From: Blepharisma stoltei ATCC 30299
Lineage: Eukaryota > Protista > Ciliophora
Assembly: GCA_965603825.1 (NCBI GenBank)
Contig: CBFDEM010000051.1
Location: forward strand, 558,001 to 622,000
Reading direction: 5' to 3'
Length of the DNA: 64,000 nt
Positions 49,197-61,346 of the stretch are shown one piece after another. The notes under the pieces are model-generated. The model made no database searches, was not told the DNA's origin, and saw nothing but the letters and a program-made list of their open reading frames with translations. The translations under genes were made by a program, and so were the position numbers. Every line of letters starts with the position of its first letter. Within the stretch, counting starts at the first letter, position 1.

Positions 49197-51203
49197 TTAC
49201 ATTCAATTATAGAGGCTCTTATTGGTGATTTGTCTTTTTCGGTAGATTGAAGGAGAAAAACTGCCAATTTTGGGCATCAAAAATTTCCCTTCGCTATATA
49301 AAAATTACGAGAATAAAAAGTCTTCGTCCAGTAAATCTGCAGCAATGACAGATTTAATTTGCATTGGTTGTTCCTGAAATCCAAGTGTTCGCTTCATATT
49401 TTCAAAAATTCTTTTTTCCTTTAAAATATCATCTAGTCTAGCATTTCGAGGAGACTCGTGTCTTTTTTTATTTTTTAGTTTCATTGGATTTTTTTCTAAA
49501 TATATAGCTAAGTCAATAGTAGGTGTTGGAGGCTTAGGACTAAAATCAATTGTTGACTGTTCTAATCTGAAGCAAGGGTCAGGAGCAGCTTGGGTTGTCA
49601 TTATATATTCTTTTTTTGGAATTTGTGAAAGTCTTTCAAACACATTAGGACTAGCAGCTCTTCGATCATCACTATTGCCAATCGGAGAATACGCAACAGA
49701 GGAGCTTCTATTTGCGGATTTTACTTTTGGGGTTATTTTTACTGCTTTTTTAATTCCATTGTTTTCCATTGTTAGAGGTCTATCTTCTTCTTTTTTTAGA
49801 GCTGTTTTTCTCCCAGTTGACTCTACTCAAATATTTTTTGCAGATTCAATAAACTTTTCGTAATCTTTTTCTTTATGATCGGGGTAAATTTGTTGGAAGC
49901 TTCCTAAGTGCGATTTTTCTCACCTATCTCGTTTTGATTGTGCTCTGAGTATTTCTTCTTTTTTCTGGTCTTTAAAATCGGCGTTCTTTTTTCCTAGCGC
50001 TCTTTTTAAGATGTCTTGCCTTTGTTTCGAGAGATATATTTTTTTATTGTCTGTGTTGATATTTAAAAGTGTCATTGCTTCGCTTATGACTTGAAATTTT
50101 ATTTTCCAGTCCAATGGAGAATCTGTAGTAAACGAAGGAGAATGGTTGACTTCTAGAAGTCATGGCTTCAGTTTCTTATCTAAAATTATATCAAATCCTA
50201 GTATTTCAAAGCACATACCATTAAAAGGATCGTCGGGTTGGCAAGCTCGATAAGTGTGGGATAGGAATGGCTGGACAGAGCAAAGAGTTTTTATAATAAT
50301 TTCTTTAATATCTTCCCACAGTTTTGCTGTATTATGCCCCATCTCTTCAAGCAACTTCATAGTTGCTGTCAAACTTCGCTTATGTCCAATGTCATCATTT
50401 GCAGGGTCTTCATTGAACACAAAATTTTCACTATTCTTGTTAATTGCATAATTAGTTAAATGCATACACTGTTTAGCTAAATTCTGACCTGAAGGTTTTA
50501 CATATGATTCTGTGGCAAATCTTGCAAGCCCTTCTTTATGCAAATATATTCTAAGAGGATCGCAGCCTGCAACCAAGACATAAAGTCTCAAGTCAAATTT
50601 CAAGCCTTCGATTAAAAATGGATGCTTCAGATATTCTTGTACAACATATCGGTCATCTTGTTCAAAAACATCCAGATTTTTTGTGAGAAAAATTCCTCTT
50701 CCTTGGCAACTTGCTTCTGGCTTGACAATGTAAACTTTATTTTTGGAGATTAGGCTTTGGTTTCTTAAGTCTGAGAGCTCTGAAGGTATAAGCCAAGTTT
50801 TAGGATAAAAACAATAGTCTTCAGAGTAAAGTTTTCTCATTTTATTGAGGTTCTTCCCTAAAAAGTTTTTTCTCGCTAAAGAATACATCCCAGGAAAGTG
50901 ATTTATTTTTTGGTAAGGCTTCATTTGTAAGAGTTTTTCTGGCTGGACAGCACCGTCAGTTCAGAAAAGGTCTCAGTTAAGATTATCGTCTTTGAAGTCG
51001 AGCCTTCATTGAAAAAACTCTTTCGCGACTCTTTTAACAACATCGTATTTTGTACAGGAAACGTTCACAATAACCTTTCTCTTAGTTTTAAGCTTGGATT
51101 TTATTGGAGGAAGTGACTCTTTGATTTCCTCTTCTTGGTCTGATTCAGGACACGCTCTTGTTTCTTCTTCCCAAGAAGCCAGTTCTTCTTTGCTGCCAAT
51201 CAT
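49197..51203 (-). CDS. TTLL6: Tubulin polyglutamylase TTLL6/13-like
   Basis: TGA-Trp restores N-W-DLF-W-TD, KP-W-LLEVNHSPSF and R-W-EKSHLG; INHFPGM, KFDLR, MHLTNY; 15-nt intron near the 3' end. Confidence 0.88.
49294..49308 (-). other. 15-nt spliceosomal intron
   Basis: GTAATTTTTATATAG; A at position 10; removes in-frame TAA. Confidence 0.75.
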
Positions 51204-51345
51204 AATTTTGGAATCAAATTAATTAGAGATTTTTTGCAGTTTTTATACAAATGGTGAAATAATTCACGAAAAATGAGCGCTTAGTAATTGCTTGTTCGTA
51301 TAAAAATAAAGCTATTATGCAAAAATTAATTTAATTTTGCCATGT

Positions 51346-54207
51346 TTACGATTTATCAGGAGATAAGGTTCGCTTAATAATTTTTCGAGATCGAATTCCT
51401 CTTGGAGTATGTGCTTTTATTGGTGAAAGACTCTTTTTAGACTTATTTGTTGAAATATTTGAGGGGCTCTTGCTTTCAAACAAAAATTTTAAGTCATTTT
51501 CGTTATTTCGTATCTTTCGCTTGCATTCTTCAAGGTTTTTTTCGAGTGTTTTTATTTCCTCATCTTTAGAGACGATTTCTTTTTTAAGCTGAGCTGTCTC
51601 TTCTGCAACTAGTATTCTCTCTCTGAGCTTCTCATTTATTATTGTAAATGATGTTGGCGGTTTTTCGGTTTTTGACTGAAAGCTTTCTTTCAATTTTAAT
51701 ATTTCTACTTCAAGTTGATGAATTTTTTGTTCTAGCTCGTTAATAATAATATCTTTCTCATGAATTTGTTCCTTAAGAGAAATCTCGTTTTCAATATTTT
51801 CTTCTTGCTCAAGCTCTTCTTTCGTATCCAATTCGTTGCTCTTAGCACTTTCATAATTTTCTAATATTTGCTCTAATTCGTTTTCTAATAGTTTAATTTT
51901 CTCTTTGAGTTCAAGGCTCTTTTGAACTTCACTCTCAAAATTCTCTTGAAGCCTCTTAATTTCGCTTCTTAGTGTAATTTCATTTTCAAGATTGCAGCGC
52001 TTTGCTTCAGAAGTATCAAATTTTAATGATTCTACCAAAGCCTTCAAATCTTTAATTTGCTTTTCATAAAGTGCCTTCAATATTGTTTCACCATGGCTGA
52101 AGTGTACTTCTTTGTTAACTATTTCTTGCTTATACTGTTCTTTTAGTCTCTTGATTTCTTCTTTATAGCTCTCTTCCTGCTCTCTGAGAAGTCTTTCAGT
52201 TTCATTCATGGCAAGTATCTTTAAGTTTTCAACTTCTTTTTGGAAGAGTTCATTAAGATCCTTCTTTTTTTTTTTAAACGCTAATTTCTTATTGATTAAG
52301 ATCTGGTTTTTCTCTTCAATGACTCTTGAGTTTCTTATTTCAACATCTTGTAATATATTCTGGACTAGTTTTTCATTCTGAAGTTCGCTTAGTAAGTGTT
52401 GCTTTTCTTTTTCACCAATGATGTCAATAAGGACTTGTTTTTCCGTTGAAACCATATCTTTTGCTTTTTTGATTTCATTTTCATAAAAATGCTGGTTTTC
52501 CTTAATCTTTCTTTCGCAAGTTTTCTTCAATTGTTTTCTCTTTGCTTTCTGAACTAGCAGAACTTTTGTTATTTCATGTCTTATACGATCACCCATTTCA
52601 CTTTCAAGCATTGCAATTTGTTCATTTAGCACCTTGAATGTAGTTTTTGACTGGACCTGAGTGACTTTTTCTTTAATTGTAGACGTGTCAAGTTTATTTT
52701 GTATCTCTTCTGCCTTGCTCTCTGCGAATTCTGCTTCTCGCTTTTTCAGTTCCATTTCTCTTCTCAGGGCTTCAATTTCTAGCTTTACTTGATCATTTTG
52801 CTCAGACAGAACGTTAATTTCGTTTTGAAAAGCTGATTTCTGAGCATAAAAGAGCCCTTCTTGTTTGCTGAGTTGCTCATTTTTTTCCAAAATCCTGTCA
52901 ACATATCATTTTCTATTTTCACTATGCCTTTGCTGAAAATGAGCCTCAAGAATTTTTTCTTTTTCAGCGTGCTTTTTCTTTAAATCATTTATTTGATCTT
53001 CGCATTCTGTTTGGCACTTCTTTATAGCTGCAGAATGCTCATTTTTTAAAGAGTTTATTTCATTATTGTGCTCAGAGGTTAGTTTTTGAAAGAGCTGCTT
53101 TTGAGCACGGTCTGCCTCTTCTTGAGTTTCTTTTAATTTCAACAAAAGATTGTCGACTGTTTCTTTTAAAATTAAAATATGCTTATCATTTTTGGATAAA
53201 GCATCTGCAGTTTGTTCTCTTAATTCTTTTTCTTTTTCAAAAAGTTTGACTTTTACAGAAATTTCTTGCTGTTTAGCATCCAATTCCTGTTTAGTATGCA
53301 AAAATCTTTGATTTAATTGCTGCATTTTCAATAGAACTTTCTCTATTTGCAATGATTTCTTTTTAATTTGATCTTCAAGTTTCGCCTCCTGGGCTTGAGA
53401 TCGTTCTTTGAATTGAGAAAACTCGCTACTAAGCTGCGCATATTGATCTTCAGTCTTATTACTTTTTAATTGAAGATCGCAGATTTGTTGCTGAGCTTCT
53501 TCGTATTTTTTTGAGATCAAAGAGTTTTCCTCTTCAACTTTTGAAAGCCTTAATTTGGTATGATCAGCCAAGTTTTGAAGGCTTTCTTTTTCTTTTAGTA
53601 CTGATTGGAGCCTTGCTTGAGTCAAATTTAAAATTTCTTTCAAGTCATTGAATTTTGAATCGTGAGACCTCAAACTAAAAAGTCGGTCCTCATCAAGTCA
53701 TCTAGGTGTTTCTTTGCTCAAATCATGATTGTGCTTGTTTACAGCTTCATGGGTTCTTGCCCTGAAAAGTTCAGCCTTATCGTCATTAGAAATTAATTCA
53801 GAATTTTGGCGAAACTGCAGCAGCTCTATAGATGGAGGAATTGATAATGAACTCCCACTATGTTGAAGTTTAATTTCATACTCACTGATTCGACGTTCAT
53901 AATCTCTTCTTAAAAGCTGAATTTGTTGCTGATTTTCAGAAATTTGCTTTTCAAGCTCCAGCTCATGATTTTTTATTTCCAGTTTATACATCGCGAGTGA
54001 TTTATTTGAGCCTGGACCTTGAGTTTGTAGCCTGTTTATCAAAGATTCAATAGCTACAATACTTTCTCTCCCTGAAGGATCAGTTGAAATAATTTCTTTG
54101 AGATTCAGATTTTCTGAGCCAGATTCAAGCCGATAGATAAAGTTTTTTAGTTTAAATAAGTTATTTTTCAGGTCCTTTACAGTATCTTGCTTCTGGCTAT
54201 TCTCCAT
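51346..54207 (-). CDS. Long coiled-coil protein
   Basis: Three ORFs join in frame via TGA at 53698 and 52906; heptad K/E/Q/L composition. Confidence 0.8.
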
Positions 54208-54413
54208 GATATGTAGTTTGAATTTATATGTTAAATGACTTTATATTTTATAAATAAGCTATTAGTGAACTTTTAAAATAACTGTTTTATTGCTAATTAT
54301 TTGTAATTTAATAGTCTAAAGCAGAAAAGTTTCCTAGATTGCTTGTGAAATGCTTAAAAATAATTGCTGCTTCATTCAAGGTAATTTTAATTTGAAGAAG
54401 ATTTATATTTATT

Positions 54414-54707
54414 ATGGAAGCTCTAAAAAAGCATATTCGCTACGAAGTATTTGGCCACGTTCAGGGTGTCTTTTTCAGAAAGTACACTAAAACCCAGGCA
54501 CAAAAGCTTGGACTCACAGGATGGGTAGAAAATACACCACGAGGAACTGTCATTGGAGAAGCTGAAGGTCCATCTGATAAAATAGAAGAATTTAAACATT
54601 GGTTGAGAAACATTGGATCTCCTAAGTCGCGAATTGATGATCTCAGAATAACAAATGAAACAGATATTTCTCAATTGAAGTTTCATTCGTTCTCAGTAAA
54701 AAAGTAA
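54414..54707 (+). CDS. ACYP: Acylphosphatase
   Basis: VFGHVQGVFFRKYT, GWVEN, GSPKSRI. Confidence 0.95.
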   Translation: MEALKKHIRYEVFGHVQGVFFRKYTKTQAQKLGLTGWVENTPRGTVIGEAEGPSDKIEEFKHWLRNIGSPKSRIDDLRITNETDISQLKFHSFSVKK

Positions 54708-54812
54708 TAAATAATCAAGTCTTGTTCCTAAACAATATTAAATACTTCGAAATATCAATTATTACATAAATAAGTTTGGATAAAAAATTAAATATTTATT
54801 AAACTCATATAT

Positions 54813-57602
54813 CTAATCATCTACAGGAGGACTTTTATCTCCACTTTGCGAGAAAACTGAAAGGGAACTTGGCTTTCGAAACCTCAAATGGAAGGGAGAT
54901 CCGTTTAATGAAATTTTAATAGGTCTGGCCACTGTTTTGGTTTGCTTTATTAAGTCTTCTATTTTGGAATAATATTCTTTTGTTAGAGATCGCTTCAAGC
55001 CTGGAGCATCAGTTTCATCTTGTGATCTCGGTATCCCAGCTTTTTCTTGCAAATCCAAAAACATATTAATCCACCTTCCCAGCACCTCATGCAGCTCATT
55101 AATTTCTGATTGTTTTCTTGCCAGTTCTTTCTCACAAGAATTTTTTAAAGAATCAACATATTCTTTTCACCTATCTTTTTCTTTTAAGTAGACTTCCAAA
55201 TTTTCATGTTGATATGTCTCTAGTAATAGCTTAAAAGTCGTACTTTCAGATTTGGCGATTTCATACCCATTTTTTATTTGCTGATTAAACAGTGTCTGCA
55301 CTTCCAAATTTGTTTCAAGACTTCTGACCTTATAAGGGTCATTTTGGTCGCCATGATCCCCGAACGAAGCTTTGAGCCCTGCAAATCTAGGGGTTATATC
55401 ATCAAATCTAGGAGACGGAGAAAACAACTTGTAATTCAATGCAGTATTCATTCGGTTTGACCTTCTTATATCTGGCTTGTCCATTATTATAGTTGGCCTT
55501 ATACCTCTTATGAACTTCCCTTTTGGAGTTGGATCTGACAATTTTTCTTTGCCCCAGTGCTCATTTTCAAGCTTATTCATAAGATTTATGATTTTGTTAA
55601 ATGAGTTATGCAGATGGTCTACAAGCTGCTCAAGGGCTCCAATTTTGTTTTCTTGGAATTTTGAGAGCTTCAATTTCAAGTTGAATTTTTCTTTTAGTAA
55701 ATTGTATTTCCATTGAAGGTCATAGATTCTCCTTATAAGCTCGCAATTGATGAGACCTGACTGAATAACTTGCTTTCTAAGCTGGAATGCAACGATTTCT
55801 GAACTGATATCGGAGTTGTCTTCGAGGACTGTACAAAGTTCTTGGGAGTATAAGTCTTGGGTTTTCAGCACAGAAATGTTTAATGGCATGTCAATTTCCA
55901 CTTCATTAATCTTTGTCATCAAAAGGGAAGTTTCTTCAGTTTGCACAGGAATTTCGCCTGTTAAGGCAGCATCAACAGTTGCATCGATGAACTCTCACTC
56001 ACTAACTGTTTCTCCTGCTTTTATTTTTGATAAGCTATCGCTGAACCTATTATTGGCTTGGTTTAAGTGAGATATTAGCATCTCTATCTGCTTCTTCAGA
56101 CTTCTGTTTTCTTCTACAATCGCCTTGTAAGCATTTTCGTCAGTTTGCTTCATAATCAGCAGTTTTTTGTAGCATTCAAAGGATTCTGAAGAAGATGTTT
56201 CAGCTTTTATTCTTTTTCTTTGTTCTCTGCTCAGCTCATCTTCAAGCTCGCTTACCTTGCTTTCCAAATTTTCTTTATCCTGCTTTAAAGAATAAAGCTC
56301 TTCAATAATTTGATCATTTTGCCCGAAATCATCCACTAAGGAAATTCTTCGTTTATCAATAGCAAATGAGACTCCAATATCTTCAGTACTCCTGAAGTCT
56401 TCTGATTTCTGATCTTCTTCTGTTGGCAATGATGGAGAATTTTGCTGAGGTATGGTAGGAGAGCTTTCCTTTAGAGATTTTTTGAGTCTTTTTATTTCAT
56501 CTTTTGCATCAGCTAATTTTTTCTTTAATTTTGCAATCATTTTCATATAGGCTTCAGGAGATCTTTTTATGTTTAGCTTAACTTTATTTTTGATAGTCTT
56601 CGCACGCTGAGCAAATTTGAGAGTGTTTAATGTATCTTCTAGATTTCTTGGGTGAGGTGAACAATTCACTATAAGGGTTGTTTTATAGTTACCACCTAAG
56701 GATTCTTGCAAAAGCCTAGTTAATTTTGAATCTCTGTAAGGAATATGCTCTTGATTGCTGGTTAAAGCATGAATAACATTCCCCAAAGCGCTGAGAGACA
56801 AGTTTATTTTTTTAGCTTCTTCAAGCTTATTCCCAGTCACTCCTGTTTGGTTGATTTTCTCACAGCCTGCTAAGTCAACTAGATTCAGAATTCCTCTTTT
56901 CTCTGTATCATTGGGAAATTTTTGATTGACCTCAAGCATAAAAAGCTGATGACTCCTTGAGCTGACTTGATTCATTTTTGTTGAAGCTACAGTTCTATTG
57001 CTTTCCCCTAAAGACAAAACTTCAACCATTTCTTCCTCACAAACCACATACATCTCAGTTAGCCCTTGAACATAAATCCCTCTCCTCGGATCTTCTTTAA
57101 TTTTCAAATTTGTGTTATTCCCCAATAAATCCTTTAAAGTTTCTTTATAAATTTCAAGCATCGAACACTTTAAGGTGTATTCTGCCTCATCCTTAGCATT
57201 TGACAGGTAATCAAAAATCAAGCTAATAGCTCTTGGGATGATTCCTCTTGTTAAATCATCATAAATATCCAAACCCATCATAGTGTAGGATTTGCCAGAA
57301 CCTGTTTGTCCATATGCGAAAACAGTACCATTGTATCCAGCTAAAATATCCTCAATGATAGGTTTTCCTACACATTCAAAAATATCAGGCTGCTCTGTGT
57401 TTGGAGGGAAAACTTTGTCATATATAAAATTATCCGGATTGCTATTGCTATGTGCCACACTAACTGTCGAGTCGTCTGGAAAGGAGTAATGCTCTGCTTT
57501 GTTTTCTGGAAGCTGGAGTTCAATATCAATTAATGGTCGGAAACGGCAAACAACCTTGATGTTGCTTGCTTCTCTCATTGTCTGCTGCCTTTTGGCCAAC
57601 AT
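54813..57602 (-). CDS. Kinesin heavy chain (kinesin-1-like) motor protein
   Basis: [39 protein letters not shown]; joined via TGA at 55995 and 55167. Confidence 0.88.
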
Positions 57603-58166
57603 GGTGATTATTCTAATTTATTTTGAATTACATTAAAGATTGATTTATAGTTATTTATAGTCATATTCTATGGTTTGAAAAAAAAATATTTAAACTAATA
57701 TTTCTATGCTGAATGCAAAACTATTTTATTCAAATGATGAGAGCATGAAAGACTTAATAATTAATGTAGTGCATATGTGAATAGATAAATTATTCTAAAT
57801 TAAATGATTTTATTAACTAATCAAAAATATTGAACATCACCGATTCATGGACATTTTCACACTTTTCATTAAATAAAAAGCTATTCAAGAATTAATTTCA
57901 GATTCTAATAATATAACATGTAAAAGTTGAGGCATCGTGCTGCTCTATAAATAAGATATAACTCCAACTACTTTATTAAATTTATGGATTTTGCTTTTCA
58001 TAATTGAGAATCAGTTAAGCTTAGCTAGACTTAGATAAATAGTGTACTAGAGTAGCTTGAAAACAAGTCAATAAGCCAAACGAACTCACAATATTTTTTA
58101 AGATTGAGTCAGCACACAAAGCAATTTGAAGAGTGTTAGAAAAAGAATATTATTATGAAAACGAAT

Positions 58167-59372
58167 TTACCTTTCAGCACTCGGAGATCTACAAAGCTTA
58201 CTCACATACTTCAATGTGGTATCTAGATTCTCTTGTTTACCTTCTTTCAGCCATTGATCTTCAGCTATTTCACTTATATTTGGCCTTGCTGAAGGATTCA
58301 AAGATAGCATTTTCTTCAAAAGTATCTTTGCTCTTGCAGGTATTGAGTCAGGAAATTCACTGATTCCAAGCACAATTTTTCTGAATAAATCTCTATCACT
58401 TGTGCCTCTGAATGGGAAGGTCCCTGTCAAAATGACATAAAGCATCACTCCAAGTGCCCAAATGTCAGCTGGAGGCCCAAAAAAATCCTTTCTTTTCACG
58501 ATTTCTGGAGCCATATAGCTTGGAGTTCCACAAAAAGACCTCGAAGGCTGGTCTTTTTGCATAATGCACGAAAATCCAAAATCTATCAGCTTAATGTTAT
58601 TGCTCGAGTCAAGTAAAATATTTTCCAATTTAATGTCTCTATGGCTAATATCCATTTCGTGTAAATATTTGACTGCAGAAACGCATTGTTTGAAAATCCT
58701 TTTAGCTTCTTCTTCATTTAGTTTTCTAACCAGCCTTGATTTCACATAGGAATGCAATGAGCATCCACCAACATATTCTTGGATCAAATGAATGTGTCGG
58801 GTCGATTTGATGGCTTTGTGAAGCTTTACAATATGAGGATGGTCTAGTTTCTGCATGATTTGGATTTCTCTACGCAAATTCCTTCTCCGATGAGGCTGAG
58901 TAAGTTTTGACTTGTCATAAGATTTAATAGCAACTTGCATCTTGGTTTGTTTATCTACAGCCTGCTTGACTATAGCATAAGCTCCCTGCCCTAGAGCCCG
59001 ACCAATTATATAGTCGTTGATATCGCCGTCCACAAGATCGTTAAGTTCCTTTGTAGGGGATTCAATAGAAGGTCTCGCAGAGTTTGATCTGGCCTTCTTT
59101 AAATAATTATTTTCTGTGGCAAAAATGTTGGCGATGTTATAAGGAGGCTCAGTCACTTTTTTGGAACTTAGGGGCCTTGAAGGCACTTTTTCATTGCTTC
59201 GATCTGTAGCAATCTTGGCTAGAGTATTGGTAAGATCTTTTCCAGTGAACTCTCTATGAGTTTTCAATTTGTTCTCAATAAGATTTGGGGTCAAGCTTGT
59301 TCTTTGGTTTCTGGTGTATATCACTGTATTCCCTATCTTTGGTTTCGATGACATCGGGTTATGAATTTTCAT
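58167..59372 (-). CDS. CAMK-group (MARK/AMPK-related) Ser/Thr kinase
   Basis: GQGAYA, HRDIKLEN, DFG, FCGTPSYMAPE, DIWALGV. Confidence 0.9.
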   Translation of the reverse strand: MKIHNPMSSKPKIGNTVIYTRNQRTSLTPNLIENKLKTHREFTGKDLTNTLAKIATDRSNEKVPSRPLSSKKVTEPPYNIANIFATENNYLKKARSNSARPSIESPTKELNDLVDGDINDYIIGRALGQGAYAIVKQAVDKQTKMQVAIKSYDKSKLTQPHRRRNLRREIQIMQKLDHPHIVKLHKAIKSTRHIHLIQEYVGGCSLHSYVKSRLVRKLNEEEAKRIFKQCVSAVKYLHEMDISHRDIKLENILLDSSNNIKLIDFGFSCIMQKDQPSRSFCGTPSYMAPEIVKRKDFFGPPADIWALGVMLYVILTGTFPFRGTSDRDLFRKIVLGISEFPDSIPARAKILLKKMLSLNPSARPNISEIAEDQWLKEGKQENLDTTLKYVSKLCRSPSAER

Positions 59373-60035
59373 TTTTTAAATTTAAATAGCTAAGAAAAGC
59401 AGTTAATTATTTAGGATGTGAAAGATAGTAAACTTTTGACTTTAAAAATAAGAAAATAATTGAAATTTATTTTAGGGAACAATTTTTATTTTGGTTTATA
59501 AGTCTATATGTAAATTGACAAAAGTATAAGTTCTATTTGTTAGAAATTTTATCCTAATCATACTTTGATTGGATAAAATCCTGATATAAATATATATTGC
59601 CACTCTAAATGAGTTCAACATTTTTTGTGCTTTTTTATTGACTGACTATTCACAAGAAATGCAATCTCAAATTCTATTCTTAGCAATCAAAAAACAAAAA
59701 AAGCATCTTAATTAATGTTGTATTTAATAGAGTGATAGATATCAAGCATAAAGTTGAAGGCAAAGTAGTTTATCTTAAGGTCAGAAGCCTAAAACTTAAT
59801 TTATTATATTTTTCACTTCATAAATGGTAATAGTGATCTCCATAGAAAGTTAGCTAGGTATCATTTATGATAGCCTAAATCGCGCTAAACTAAGTTGTAC
59901 TATGTGTTTTATCCTATTCTGCTAATATACCAATAAAAGATAGTTCATTAGCTTTCCATTTTTAATGATTGGCTATTACTAGAATTTTCCATAATCCTTA
60001 AATTTTAATTGATGGATCATGGCTAATAATAAAAA

Positions 60036-60752
60036 ATGGCAATGCAACAAAATCAAAATATGCTTATCGTCAGGCCTCTCAGAGCCAAAATTGAAGATGA
60101 TTTCAATAAGAAAAGCCTCAATCCTTATTGTTTATTGAGAATCGGAAACCAAGTGAAGTATACAGATGTGTGCTTTAAAGGTGGGTTAAATCCTTTTTGG
60201 GATAATATCATTCGCTTTGATCTTTCTGGCCAAGATGAAAATTTCAACATAAGCATCTGGCATAAAGGTAGGCTTGTCCCTGACTTTGAAATGTGCAGCA
60301 GCCAAATTCCTCTTAGCAGAATAACAGCAAGCAAAACATTTGACGACTGGATTGAGCTTCACTATGAGGGCAGAAAAATCGGGGTTATCAGACTTTTTAT
60401 AACTTATAATCTTACTAAGACTCAACATGAATCACAATCTCAAGAAGGTCTTGTATCAATTAATCTGAGTCCAGGAGCAAGTGAAGAAATCAGATACACT
60501 GATAAAGGGTATGTCCGTGTCAAGAGAAGAGAAGATGAATACACAAAAGAGTACCTAAAAGAGGTTAGTGAGCCTGGCTTCTGGGGACATTTTTACTCTG
60601 GAGTCACAGTGATTCCTTTTGGAGAAAGAGAAATTAGGAAATCTGGAGAAAAGGAGCAAGAGCAATCTTCTATGAAAAAAGAGCAGACAGCTGAGAAAAA
60701 GGATATCCGTCAGCAATCTCAAGCTCCTCAGCAATCAAGCCCAGCCCATTAA
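60036..60752 (+). CDS. C2-domain protein
   Basis: NPYCLLRIG..GGLNPFW..FDDWIEL..GVIRL. Confidence 0.8.
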   Translation: MAMQQNQNMLIVRPLRAKIEDDFNKKSLNPYCLLRIGNQVKYTDVCFKGGLNPFWDNIIRFDLSGQDENFNISIWHKGRLVPDFEMCSSQIPLSRITASKTFDDWIELHYEGRKIGVIRLFITYNLTKTQHESQSQEGLVSINLSPGASEEIRYTDKGYVRVKRREDEYTKEYLKEVSEPGFWGHFYSGVTVIPFGEREIRKSGEKEQEQSSMKKEQTAEKKDIRQQSQAPQQSSPAH

Positions 60753-61346
60753 ATGATTAATTAATTTTTAATTTTTAAAGCGTGTTTAATGAATTGATAT
60801 TTTGAATGCTTAATATAGTAAAAGTCATAAAATATTTTTTAGTTTATTTTTAAAATGCTTTTCTATTATATGTTTATGAATTTTAGTTTATTCGCACCAA
60901 ATTTGAATCTAATAAATCCATTGATTTCAATATTTATTTGAATAAGTCTTATGGCTCTTAAATTAATTGCAATTTTATATAAACCTAAATTTCACAAACA
61001 ATATTATAGACTTCATATCACAAGAATTGATTACCCTTTTTAATATGACTATTTAAATTTTTCAAAAAATTAGCTTCCTTCATATAGGTAGCCAGAATCA
61101 GAAGATTTACAGCTAAAGTTCATTATAGAAAAATTGCACAAGTAGTTTTATTATCTTTTAATAATGTTAATTTAAGGAAATATTGTCCATTTTAATTCAA
61201 GAAGAGATAATTATCCAAATTTCATCCTGTATTATCTAATTAAGATAGAAAGATGACTACCATATTGAACAATCACAGATGCCCGGCATAAGCTTTACCT
61301 CTGGAAACAAAGATATTTCTTAAGATAACTAATAAAAATATAAAAT

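Noticed and set aside
5738-51203. Apparent cluster of ciliary genes (DNAAF5, SAXO, kinesin-2, HYLS1, RSPH14, TTLL6)
   Set aside because: Interspersed with unrelated genes; this density is unsurprising in a ciliate genome
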